Assembly (NCBI GenBank): GCA_964507055.1
Contig: CAZDOJ010000003.1
Span: 4,819 to 68,818 of the forward strand
DNA length: 64,000 nt
Reading direction: 5' to 3'
Source: an uncultured Gammaproteobacteria bacterium
GTDB taxonomy: Bacteria; Patescibacteriota; Microgenomatia; Levybacterales; UBA12049
Under the pieces are notes generated by a model that ran no database searches, was not told where the DNA came from, and worked only from the letters and a program-made list of their open reading frames with translations. Positions 1 to 11,600 of this stretch are shown here, piece after piece (the stretch's first letter is position 1; each line of letters starts with the position of its first letter). The translations under genes and the position numbers were made by a program.

Positions 1-3000
1 AAAGATCATCGGTGATATTCAATGGAGAGATAGTTCCCGCAATTCGCTGCCAATAATTGGTTCCTAATGTACTTGCATCAACCCATGTTGGTGCACCACC
101 TGCATTCGATTGAAGAACTTGTCCTGCAGTTCCTGCACCAGTCTGTCCAACAACACCGGAACCATTTGTATATAATAGTCCACCGTTGGTTGTATAGTTT
201 CCAAAGGTTAATGCACCTGACGCATTGATGGTACCGATATTGGACAAGTTACCATTGTTATCGATTCGTTGTGTTCCCGCTCCCGCTCCTGTATTGATCC
301 CTATAGTTCCATTTATAGTAGTACCTGTGATTATGTTTGTTGTTGCAATGGTTCCAAATCCTGATCCGATTGAACCTGAAGTTAATGCTCCAACTGTTGT
401 CAATGAAGATGCGGTAACCGTACTACCGAGAGTTGTAGAACTCAAAACTGTTGTGCCACCGATTTGATAGGCACCACCATTGAGATTTAAGTTACCTGTT
501 CGATCAAAGACAAAGCGCGTTGTACCAGATGCTGATCCTGTCAAAATGTCTTGATTACCTGTTTCATTGAAGATGACAAGTGCTTTACCTATGTTTGCTC
601 CATTGATATCCAATTTCCCTGTCGGAGTATCATTACCAATTCCTAATCGGTTGTTTGTCGCATCCCATGCAAATCCTGAAGATTCAGATGTCAAACTTCC
701 TGAGCCATTAAAGTATGCTATTTGCCCGGATGTTCCTGCCCCTGTCAATCCTCCACCAGAACCTGCACAATTACCGGTCGTCAAACAAATTGTGCCATCT
801 GCATCAGGTAATGTATACGTACGATTTGCGGTCGCCACTGATGTAAGTGTATTGAGGTAACTTGTATTACCTGCAAATTGTACATCACCGTTGTTTGCAA
901 GATTGAATTTGGTGACACCTGATGAACTTGCGGTAATGATATTCTGATTTCCTGTTTCATTGAATGAAACCAGAGCCTTTCCAACTCGATATCCACTCAC
1001 TTCAAATTGGAAATCTGTCGCGGTGTTACCACCAAGGACAACCTGATCGGTTGCGGTTAATGGTGCAAGAACCGTACCATTTCGCTGCCATTTTGAGGAA
1101 CTTGCTCCGCCAGAACAATTGGCTGCTTCCAAAATACAAACAGTTCCACCACCGTCAGGGAATGTAAATGTCCGATCTGCGGTGAGGTCTCCAACATCAA
1201 TTGTTCCAAAATATGTATTGCCAGCTGATTCCAAGATTCTCAATTCACTTGCAGCATTATTGAGGACGATATCAAATGCCCCGGTCTGATCCCAATTTGC
1301 TGTGAGTGCTCCGAGTGCAATTGTCGGAGTTGAACCTTCTCCAGTTGCAGTCGCAGAAATACCATTGCCAGATGTTAGGGTCGCAACATAATTTCCAGTT
1401 GTATCTGTACCGAGTGCAACTGCATCAGCACCGATAGTCAATGTACCATTTGCAGCCAATGTCGCATCACTTGAAAGTGTCACAAATGTCGGAACACCCG
1501 AACCATTTGCAACAAGCAGTTGTCCGGATGTTCCGGCAGCTGCTTGGGAAACAACACCTGAACCATTGGTGTACAGTAAACCATTATTTGTTGCCAATCC
1601 GCCAAAGGTGATTGTTCCGCCAGCGTTAAGATTATTGATGTTTACAAGATTGCCATTATTATCGATTCGTTGTGTTCCAGCTCCTGCTCCAGTATTAACT
1701 CCTGTTGTTCCATTCAATGTTGTACCAGTGATTGTATTGCCAGTTGTGATTGTTCCGAAACCATTTGCAATCGATCCACTTGCCAATGCTCCAACCGTGG
1801 TTAACGAAGATGTAATAACACTTGATCCAAGTGTACTTGCTGTCAAAACATTTGATCCGTTGATTTGTAATGCTTTACCTGATGCAAGGTTCAAATCTCC
1901 GGTGACATTAACGACACCATTGCCATTAAGTGGTGCAAGTGTAATATTCCCAGTCGTTGCTCCCCCGATGGTGAAAGATTGATTTGCTGTCGTCTGGATA
2001 GAACCCGGCGTATTGAAGGTCAAAGTACCTGATGTAGATGCATTCCCAGTCGTTCCTGAAATTTGGAATTTCGCTGATGATGTAGCAGTCCCACCGATAA
2101 GGAAATCGTCTGTGATGTTTAATGGAGAGATAGCACCATTTGCTCGCTGCCAGAAATTGACAAGTCCGCCAGCATCCGCCCAAACAGGTACTCCACCTGA
2201 AACAGTCAAAATTTGTCCATTTGTCCCAATCGCTCGTGCAGCTAATGTATTTGATCCAGATGCGTAAATGAGATCTCCAGCATTGAAACTGTTCAACCCA
2301 GTTCCTCCATTGGTTACGCCCAATGTTCCAGTAACATCAGCTGTATTTAATCCAACGGCACTTGAAGAAAGTACACCTGAGCTATTACTTTTAACGATGC
2401 CAGTCGATAGTCCACCAAATGTGATCGTTCCGGATGCAGATAAATTGGAAAGTCCTGTGATACTTTGGCTGTTTCCAGTGATTGCACCAGTTAATGTGGC
2501 TGCACCAAATTGAAGGACTCCAGATGATGCGGTTATGACGTGATTACCTGTGCCTGAGAAGCCAATTCCTGCTCCATTACCTGCTATAGTAATTCCTGTT
2601 GAACCTGTCGATGTAATATCGCCTCCTGAAATAGCATCTGCCCCAACATCAATTGAACCAAAGCCAGTGCCTATTGAACCTGCATTAAGTGTACTAACAC
2701 TTGTCAAAGAAGATGCTGTAACACTTGAACCAAGCGTGGTTGAGCTCAAGACATTTGCCCCTCCGATTTGATAGGCACCACCATTGATGTTAAGATTGCC
2801 TGCACGATCAAAGACAAAGCGAGTTGTACCAGATGCTGATCCAACTAAAATATTTTGATCACCTGTTTCGTTGAGGCTAACCAATGCTTGTCCAGCAGCA
2901 CCCCCAACAACGGAAAAAAGCCCTTCCGGGCTGGTTGTGCCTATACCGATCTTTGTTCCGGTATCGTAAATGAGCGAGTTGCCAATGTTGGTCGTGCTGG

Positions 3001-4900
3001 TAAATCGCGGGAGATAATTCGTGGTCCCCGAACCTCCAATATTTCCTCCTCCTCCTCCAGGACAATTTCCTATAGACAAACAAATTTCACCTGATGCATC
3101 GGGCAAGGTATATGTTCTTCCACTTGTTAGTGTTGCCATAGTTATTACCCCAGTATTCCCTGTTCCCAGAGTTAATTGATTTGTATTTGCAGTTAAACTC
3201 AATGATGAAAAGATTGGATTTGAAGTGGCTGCGATATCTTGTGGCAAAGAAAGAGTAATTGCTCCGGTGCTTCCCGATGTTGTGATTTGATTTGCTGTTC
3301 CAGTTATAGACAAAACGCCATTGTTGGTGAGACTGATTGTTCCTGACCCATTACTAACACCTATACCTGTTCCTGCTGTAAGAGTCGCAAGTGAATAACC
3401 GGATCCATTACCAATAAGCAGTTGCCCATTGGTTGGCGTTGCAGTCAAACCTGTTCCTCCTCGATTAAGTGAAAGAATTCCAGTCACATCTGCTGAAAGA
3501 TCAACTGCACCAAAGACAGGAGCACCAGCTGTTACACCCTTGAGGACTGTACCAGTTGAACCAGCAGTTGTACTTGATGCATTGTTAGGATCTGTTGCGT
3601 AGAGAACTCCATTTGTGGTGAGACCAGAGAGGGTTCCACTCGCATTACTCGTAATTGTAACAGTCTTACTTCCAGCATTTCCGCTTATAGTAATACCTGA
3701 TCCGGCTGCAAATGTGACTGAATCATTATTTGAATTTGCGTCTATAGTCGTTGATCCAGCGATAATACTCTTGAAGATATTTTGTGCTGAACCTGGATCG
3801 GTGTTATTGATTGTTGTGCCTGAAACAGTTACACCACTACCTCCAGTGAAGCTAACAGCACCAGTTTGGCCTTGCACAGAGAGTACACCAGTGTTGGTTA
3901 TAGTTAATCCATTCAAGCCAATACCTGAACCTTCTGCCAATGCAACTGCACCGGTAAGTCCTTGGAATGAAGCGACGCCCGTTGCTCCAGCTGAGATTGT
4001 AGGGTTCTGTGGATCACCTGTGATTGAGATATTTGTACCAGCAAGCAATGAATAGATTACATTTGATGCGGTCAATCTTCCAGTTCCCGCATTGATATCT
4101 GCATTATTTGTAACAATTCCCCCGCTCATTGTCGCTACCCCATCAACTGTCAGTCCTTTTCGGATTCCAACACTGTCGAGAAAGGTTGCTTGCTTACCAA
4201 AAACACTTGGCACGTTGATCTTAAGCACCACCACGGGAGTTCGATCTCCAGCAGCTAACACTGCCTTATTCTGTGCTGTGGTCACAGTATCTTTAGCATT
4301 CTGGGCATTTATAAGGCTCACTGTGAAGAGAAGCAAAAGTATGGCTACAGCACCAGCTAGAGCCATCGAATAACGAGGATGGGAAAAGAAGCCAAGAGAT
4401 TTTTTGATATCATTAGATTCGTTTGAGGAGTAGTTAGATACTCTCTCATTTTTCTCTTCAACAGCCTCATGAACAAAACCCAAACCAAAAGGTTGAGGTT
4501 TCTCCTGAGCTAAGGCAGGTTCGAGATCGACATTTACAGGCTGCACTTTTTCTTCAACTACCTCTTCATTTTTCTTCTCTTCAGGCTCAGGAGATTTCGT
4601 ATCGATAACTCCAGCGAACTGCATTGGTTCAGGAGTACTGCTGGGGTGTTGAGAAGCAACAGCATCCTGAGCAACTGAGACATGCGATGGAAATGGCGTT
4701 TCATTTACAGCTTCAGGTACTGCTGCTGTTGTCGATTTATTTTGTTGAAATGCTTGAAGTTCAGAAAGTGAGTAACGTCGCTGGTTACCGACTGTTCTTT
4801 CTGGCTTCAATCGGCCACTTGTATCCCAACGGCGTAAAGTCTTGGTAGCAACTCCAAGGAATTGTGCAGCTTCTTGTATTGTGAGTGTTTGATCTTTCAT
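1..4900 (-). CDS. Giant repetitive surface protein, paralog A (5' partial in window: ATG at 4900, C-terminus beyond position 1; at least 1633 aa). N-terminal excisionase/MerR-type HTH, low-complexity linker, single TM helix, Gly/Thr/Asn-rich repeat ectodomain
   Basis: Manual translation of the minus strand from ATG 4900 gives 'MKDQTLTIQEAAQFLGVATKTLRRWDTSGRLKPERTVGNQRRYS...', then the TM segment 'MALAGAVAILLLLFTVSLI'. The open frame continues uninterrupted to position 2. The modules are the same as in the 5604-13724 and 19070-35941 genes (NYWQR..., LTSVGAL.SGSI.NGFG..., GEICL..GNC.GGGGG). The ORF track shows only short Pro/Val-rich antisense ORFs on the + strand. Confidence 0.8.
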   Translation of the reverse strand, partial: MKDQTLTIQEAAQFLGVATKTLRRWDTSGRLKPERTVGNQRRYSLSELQAFQQNKSTTAAVPEAVNETPFPSHVSVAQDAVASQHPSSTPEPMQFAGVIDTKSPEPEEKKNEEVVEEKVQPVNVDLEPALAQEKPQPFGLGFVHEAVEEKNERVSNYSSNESNDIKKSLGFFSHPRYSMALAGAVAILLLLFTVSLINAQNAKDTVTTAQNKAVLAAGDRTPVVVLKINVPSVFGKQATFLDSVGIRKGLTVDGVATMSGGIVTNNADINAGTGRLTASNVIYSLLAGTNISITGDPQNPTISAGATGVASFQGLTGAVALAEGSGIGLNGLTITNTGVLSVQGQTGAVSFTGGSGVTVSGTTINNTDPGSAQNIFKSIIAGSTTIDANSNNDSVTFAAGSGITISGNAGSKTVTITSNASGTLSGLTTNGVLYATDPNNASSTTAGSTGTVLKGVTAGAPVFGAVDLSADVTGILSLNRGGTGLTATPTNGQLLIGNGSGYSLATLTAGTGIGVSNGSGTISLTNNGVLSITGTANQITTSGSTGAITLSLPQDIAATSNPIFSSLSLTANTNQLTLGTGNTGVITMATLTSGRTYTLPDASGEICLSIGNCPGGGGGNIGGSGTTNYLPRFTSTTNIGNSLIYDTGTKIGIGTTSPEGLFSVVGGAAGQALVSLNETGDQNILVGSASGTTRFVFDRAGNLNINGGAYQIGGANVLSSTTLGSSVTASSLTSVSTLNAGSIGTGFGSIDVGADAISGGDITSTGSTGITIAGNGAGIGFSGTGNHVITASSGVLQFGAATLTGAITGNSQSITGLSNLSASGTITFGGLSTGIVKSNSSGVLSSSAVGLNTADVTGTLGVTNGGTGLNSFNAGDLIYASGSNTLAARAIGTNGQILTVSGGVPVWADAGGLVNFWQRANGAISPLNITDDFLIGGTATSSAKFQISGTTGNASTSGTLTFNTPGSIQTTANQSFTIGGATTGNITLAPLNGNGVVNVTGDLNLASGKALQINGSNVLTASTLGSSVITSSLTTVGALASGSIANGFGTITTGNTITGTTLNGTTGVNTGAGAGTQRIDNNGNLVNINNLNAGGTITFGGLATNNGLLYTNGSGVVSQAAAGTSGQLLVANGSGVPTFVTLSSDATLAANGTLTIGADAVALGTDTTGNYVATLTSGNGISATATGEGSTPTIALGALTANWDQTGAFDIVLNNAASELRILESAGNTYFGTIDVGDLTADRTFTFPDGGGTVCILEAANCSGGASSSKWQRNGTVLAPLTATDQVVLGGNTATDFQFEVSGYRVGKALVSFNETGNQNIITASSSGVTKFNLANNGDVQFAGNTSYLNTLTSVATANRTYTLPDADGTICLTTGNCAGSGGGLTGAGTSGQIAYFNGSGSLTSESSGFAWDATNNRLGIGNDTPTGKLDINGANIGKALVIFNETGNQDILTGSASGTTRFVFDRTGNLNLNGGAYQIGGTTVLSSTTLGSTVTASSLTTVGALTSGSIGSGFGTIATTNIITGTTINGTIGINTGAGAGTQRIDNNGNLSNIGTINASGALTFGNYTTNGGLLYTNGSGVVGQTGAGTAGQVLQSNAGGAPTWVDASTLGTNYWQRIAGTISPLNITDDL

Positions 4901-4963
4901 TGGCAGGATTCTTTTTACTAACTTGGACATCCTGCCTGGTGTCCAACTTTTGCTAGTATATAT

Positions 4964-4994
4964 ATTACTACATATATTAATTAGGCATGTCAAG
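4964..4994 (-). promoter_or_regulatory. Conserved promoter/operator-like element upstream of giant gene A. Read on the minus strand it contains TTGACA (4994..4989) followed by an AT-rich -10 region (ATTAATATATGTAGTAAT).
   Basis: 'attactacatatattaat[2nt]aggc[1nt]tgtcaag' is nearly identical at 4964-4994, 13794-13823 and 36007-36037. Each copy lies about 65-95 bp upstream of a giant-gene ATG and is followed by a conserved 'aatcttatc' box. Confidence 0.45.
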
Positions 4995-5603
4995 CACAAA
5001 TTAATCTTATCATAATTACATCAAAAATAACCATTTAGCCTTAAAAAATGAGCTGTCCAACTTTCTGCGAAACTCTAGTTTTGTAAGAAAATAAGTTAAT
5101 TTTCACAGCTTCAAAACTCTTATTAATTTTCACAAAATTTCTTTACCCCTTTTGATGCTTAATGATATTTTTTGTATTACTTAAAGAATTTTTATATTTT
5201 CTCTTCCTTTTGTACATTTCTCTTGAATAAAAATCTCAGCCTTAGAAAAAAATAGAGAGAGAAATAACTCGTAAGTATAGATAAAATTGCAATATATTTA
5301 TGTGTATCAAAAGGTAAACCTATGCATCAATGATAAATTTACTAACGAGACATGACTCTCACATGCGATTCACACATCTACAAGTATTTATAAAAACTAC
5401 CACTGATAAAAACTAACGACACAAGAACAACCACAAAGAGTCACCAGAAGTTGGAGAAGTCGATCTAAAGACTCTCTGGTGGAAGAGAAAGAGTATCCTT
5501 TACGTCAAAGTCGAAGTTAATCTATATAGTAAAAAAATGAGTATGGAAAATAAACCTAATTGAACATATTGGATAAGTTTGAAGAATTGCTATAGCAAGT
5601 TAG

Positions 5604-8600
5604 TTAATTAACAATCCACCAACTCAACCTCACATCAGTGGACTCTGCAGATCGTACCCGAATTTCAAATGTGTCAGCTGCAGTCTTCTTAACCGCAGTA
5701 GTCACTGGAATTTCTTCTGCTTGGACAAAGATCTTTGATTTATCGGACAGAGCAGAAGTCTTAACAATAACTTTTGTTTGCCCTTCCTTTAAGACAACTT
5801 CTCCTAAGGATGCACTTGCAACTTCTTCAGTATCGATATTGACCTTCTTCGCCGTAATCTCCCCTTCAGACTTCATGTTACCTTTATTATCGATTGTTAT
5901 CTTACCGTTGAGGATATCAATTCCGTTAAGACCATTTGATTGCAGTCGTAATGCTCCGACAGATGTGTTGATGGCAGCAGAACCTTCGTTATCAAGTCCT
6001 TCGATGCTAAGAAGCCCAACATTCACCTTTCCTGTGATACCTACGTCTGCAAGCGTTGTACGCCCTACAACAGCCAATGTATCAGTGACTGTGACTTTGT
6101 TAACATCAAGCTTCTCTAGATCAAGTTCTGCTGCAGATGAAGCAGTAAATCCTCCAGGTGCACTTGTCATGAAAGCTGAACTGCTCGCAGAATCCTCGAG
6201 TGTTGAAACTCGCGTAGTTAATGCTGCAAGCATGTCTTGGAGAACATTGGTCTTGCTCTTTACAGTAGTCAAAGCTGATGAGGTCGCCGTTCGTGCATTG
6301 AATGAATCATCAGAGATATTAGTGTTCTGGTTTTGAGCAAGTTGTGGATTAAATGGTTTACCATCAACTGAAATATTTCCATCTGAACTTAACGTGGCAC
6401 GTGGGTCGTACCATGATGGATTAACCAATGCAACAACTTTACCCACTGCACGAGGATCAGGATTATTGTATGATTCAACAGCCTTTGCGATTGTAGTACC
6501 AGCTTGTGTAGCCTTCATAGCAACCCCCGGAATACTACTCGAAGTAAGGTAATCACCAGGTTTGATTGGACCATTTTCGGTACTAACCTTTGTAGGAATT
6601 CTTCCAGCAAGTGCAATTGGATACTTCTTATCATTACCAAATCGTCTCTCTTCATCACCGAATCCTCCCAAAAGGATACCTGGCTTTGTAGAAACGATAC
6701 CGAGGATACTTCCCTGATAAGAATTCTCTGAGCGTTTGACGTATTCTGTATTATTTGGATCAGCAATAACAAGATCTCCTGGCTCCAATGTATTGTCTTT
6801 TGATGGATAATTCTCAGCTAAATCGATTGCGGTAACTGTACTGGATTCTGCATAGATACGTCCTGCTAGTCGTGAAGCATCATCACAATTACTTCCTCCA
6901 TCATCAACACAAAGTGCACCATTACCGACATGAAGAGAACCATCTGGCAGATTTGTAAAATTATTTGTGCCCAAACCAAACGATGCCGCACCAGTAAGGG
7001 TTGCCAATGTTACCGTCGCAGCTCCATTATTTTCAAATACAAATCCCGCATTAGCATCATAGACTTTCAAATAAACATTCTCTGCAGTTCCAGCATTGTA
7101 TTGAGAGAATAAGATACCTCCACCAATATTTGCACCATATATATTTGGATTTTGGATATAATTTAATGAAGATATTCCTCGTACATCGAAATCATAATTA
7201 GGATCCGTAAGTCCAATACCAACTCTTCCGCCTCCTCGTTGTAAAATAAGATCATCGTAAACCCCACCAATAATGGATGCAATATCATTGTAACCTCCGC
7301 CTGTTCTGTTTGTGCCAAATGCCAGATAATTCAGTGAGCCAGGTCCATCAGTGAATAGTACAGAATCTCCACTTGTATTTCCTGCAACATACAAAGGATT
7401 TCCTGGATTGGTTACTCCCCCAATACCTACATTTCCGCTATTCGTAATCACGAATTTGGTAGCCCCACTCTTTGAGGCGGTAAAGAGATCTCCGACGCCA
7501 TTATTATCGACCATGAAAGCGGCTTTTGCAGTACTCGCTGATATCGAAGCTGCCGGAGCGGTTCCGCTAGTACCAAAGATACTCAATGCTCCATTTATTG
7601 TTTGTTCCCCGTTAACTGATAATCCATTCCACATTTGAGCATTTCCTGCGACAGTGAGACTGCCATTACTAAAGATATTTCCGGCAAAAACACTTCCGCC
7701 TACAGCTCCATTGCCAACCATACCTGAAGCTGATGCGATATTGCCTCCAGATAATCCGATGAGGTCAAGATTTGCGTTCATTGAAATTCTTGCTGTACTT
7801 GCATAGTAGACAGTGCTTTGAATACCACTAGTACCACTTGTGGTTGTAGAGCCTCCCACTACATACATATATCCGTTTTCGATAACACCATTCTTCGAGA
7901 TGTTCCCACGAACTCCAGGAATTAAGTATTGATTGGTTGCCCATGTTCCTACAGTTCCATTGTCATTCAATTTTGCAAAGAAAACTTCATCTTGAGCATT
8001 ACTTGTATCATCTCCTCCCATCGCATAGACATAACCATTTGCCACAACTGATGAATGACCTACTCTTGCGGCTGGCATTCCATTGGTTGAAGTCCATGAA
8101 CCGACAGAACCATCACCATTTAGCTTTGCAAAATAAACATTTGTTGTACCGCCACTTGCATTACCTCCGATCATGTAGACATATCCATTAGCGACAACTG
8201 ATGTATGACCTCGAGTTGCTGCTGGAAGGTTGGTACCATTGGTCGTCCATGCTCCAATTGATCCATCTGAATTAATCTTTGCATAGTAAATGCTATTGAT
8301 ATTGTTATTGATAACATTGTTTGATCCTCCAAGCATATACAAGTATCCATTGGCGACAACTGAAGATTGGGATTGAATAGCCTGAGGCAAGTTGGTTGCA
8401 GTCTGCCATGATCCAAGTGTTCCATCAGTATTAAGTCGTGCATAGTACACTTTATTTTGAAGCGTAATAGAAACCTGTCCACCAGCAACATACACATAGC
8501 CGTTATAAACCACTGCAGTTGCATTACTCAAACTTGTTGGAAGCGAAGACGTGGTTCTCCAGTCTCCTACAGAACCATCTGCATTTAATGCCGCATAATA

Positions 8601-11600
8601 TGCTGTGGATTGTCCACCACCATTGTACCCACCTATTGAGTAAATATATCCATTCGCTGCGACAACACCATTAAAGGTTCTTCCTGCCGGTAGTGAATTA
8701 GCTGTCGAGAATGAACTTACTCCACCAAGTGTAGTCGCCATTCCTGTGACAGAGAATCGTGCGGATGCAGTTGCTGTCCCTCCGATCAAGAAGTCATTTG
8801 TACTGTTGGATGGAGACACTGCTCCGTTATTTGATTGCCAATAATTTGTTGCCCCAGCATCCGTTCCACAACTCAAAACACCACTGCCGTTTGTGTCAAT
8901 CGTGTCACAGTTCGTGAGCCCAGAAAGCGTCAATCCTGCAAAGGTCGGCGACGCTCCAGAGTGAATATTCTGCGGCAAACTCAATGTCACAGCACCAGTA
9001 CTTCCTGATGCGTTCACTTGATTTGTCGTTCCTGTAATTGAAGTTACTCCAGTGTTATTGATGGTAATTGCACCAGCACCATTTGAAATAGAAATTGCAG
9101 TGCCCTGCGTTAATCCTGCCAATGTATAACCTGAGCCGTTACCAATTAAGAGTTGTCCATTCGTTGCTGTCGAAGCTGTTCCTGTACCACCATTTCCAAT
9201 TGGCAATGTCCCTGTTATCAATGAAGCTCCTCCCGCCAAATTCAATGCAGAACTCGAAAGAACTCCTGATCCATTACTTTGTACAACTCCTGTTGTGAGA
9301 CCGCCAAAGGTGATTGTGCCAGTTGCACCCAAATTAGCTAAGCCAGTAAGATTTTGAGAGTTCCCGGTGATTGCCCCAGTCAAAGTTGCGGCTCCAAATC
9401 TAAGTGTTCCAAGCGATGCAGTAATATCATGATTTCCAGATCCTGAGAAAGTTAAACCAGCACCTACTCCAGAACCAGTAAATCCGGTTGTGCCGGATGC
9501 CGTAATATTGCTTCCTTGAATCGTATTTGCAGTCAAGATAGTGCCGAACCCTGAAGCAATCGATCCACTCGCCAATGCGCCAACTGTTGTGAGTGAAGAT
9601 GTCGTAACCCCCGACCCAAGTGTGTTATTGGTCAAAACATTGGTACTGTTAATCTGAAATGCATTTCCCGTCTGCAGATTAAGATTGCCTGCGACTGTTG
9701 TGTTGTCAGAAAGTGTAATTAAGCCAGATCCTGAATCAATGACAACATTGCCAGTTGTAGAACTTCCGAGCGTTAAGGTCTGGGCATTTGTTGTCCCAAG
9801 AACCCCCGTGCCATCAAGATATGCTGCGTTATTGCCTGAATTCGCGGAGATTGAAGCAGTTGGAGTACCTGAGTTTGTATTAATAAATCGGAATTTAGCT
9901 GAAGTTGTGCTCGTACCTCCGACTAATAAATCGAGTGTATTCGAGAATGGAGAAACCGTGCCATTGTTAGATTGCCATAGATTAGTACCACCCGCACAAG
10001 TACCCCATGTTGGAGTGCCTCCACCATTGGACATCAAACATTGCCCTAGACCACCCACCGAAGTTTGTGCAAGAATTCCTGATCCATTTGTGTACAAAAT
10101 GCCACCATTGCTTGTAAATCCTGACAGCGTTAAACCTGCAAAGGTTGGTGAAGCTCCTGAATGAATATTCTGCGGCAAACTCAATGTCACAGCACCTGTG
10201 CTTCCTGAAATATTAACTTGATTGGTTGTACCAGTAAGTGAAAGCACGCCACTGTTTGAGATCGTCACGGCACCAGTAGCACCACTTACGCCAATCCCTG
10301 ATCCTGCAACTGCGGATGTTACACCAGTGTTGTTAATCGTTATCGTTCCTGCTCCATTGGAAATTGAAATTGCTGTACCATTGGTCAGCCCAGCCAATGT
10401 ATACCCCGTTCCATTGCCAATCAGAAGTTGACCATTTGTTGGAGTGCTTGCTGTTCCTGTTCCACCGTTGCCTACTGCCAATGTTCCCGTGACATCACCT
10501 GTATTCAAACCTACTGCACTTGATGAAAGAACTCCAGAACCATTACTCTTCACAATACCTGTAGTTAAGCCACCCAATGTAATTGTGCCTGCTGCCGAAA
10601 AATTGTTCAAACCTGTAATACTTTGAGAATTTCCAGTAATTGCCCCAGTCAGTGTTGCTGCTCCAAATCTGAGTGTTCCAAGCGATGCAGTAACGTCATG
10701 ATTGCCCGAACCTGAGAAGGTCATCCCAGCACCTGCTCCCGAACCAGTAAATCCCGTCGTTCCTGAAGCTGTAATGTTACTTCCTTGAATCGTATTGGCA
10801 GTCAAGATAGTGCCAAAACCATTTGCGATCGATCCACTCGCCAATGCTCCAACTGAAGTCAATGAAGAAGCGGTCACACCTGATCCCAGCGTGGAAGCAT
10901 TAAGAACGGACGTTCCGTTAATCGAATATCCATTACCCAGTGAAAGATTGACTCCGCCATTCACTGTTGTTGCATCAGACAAAATAATTGAACCAGAACC
11001 TGCATCGATGACGACATTGCCAGTGGATGCACTTCCAACAGTGAGAGTTTGAGCATTGGTTGTGCCAAGCACACCATTGCCTGCCAGATATGCTGCATTG
11101 TTTCCTGAGTTAGCTGAGATACTTGCTGTTGGCGTTCCTCCACTGATGTTCGTAACTGCAAATTTCGCTGAACCCGTAGATGATCCGCCGAGGAGCAAAT
11201 CAAGTGACATATTTCCTGTGTAGATCGCACCGTTGTTGATCTCCCATTGTTCACTCCCCAACTGACATGTACCAAATCCTGTGACGATACCATTGGTCGT
11301 TGTCACACAACTTGCAGAACCTTGTGTGATACCAGAAATGCCATTTGATTGGTAAGCTCCTCCTGTGAGATTTAAATTGCCATTATTCGAAAGTGTCAAT
11401 CGTGTCGTCCCGGATGAGGAAGCACTGAAGATATCACCCGATGCATTTTGCTGATTGATGACTAATTTGCCATTGCCGATCGCGTTGGATCCGACACCAA
11501 GTCCATTGACTCCAGCAAAGAGTGTTGAGGACTGAGCAAACGATCCAGAGCCGTTTGCATACAGAAGTCCTCCATCAGTTACAAAACTTGCAAGTGTCAT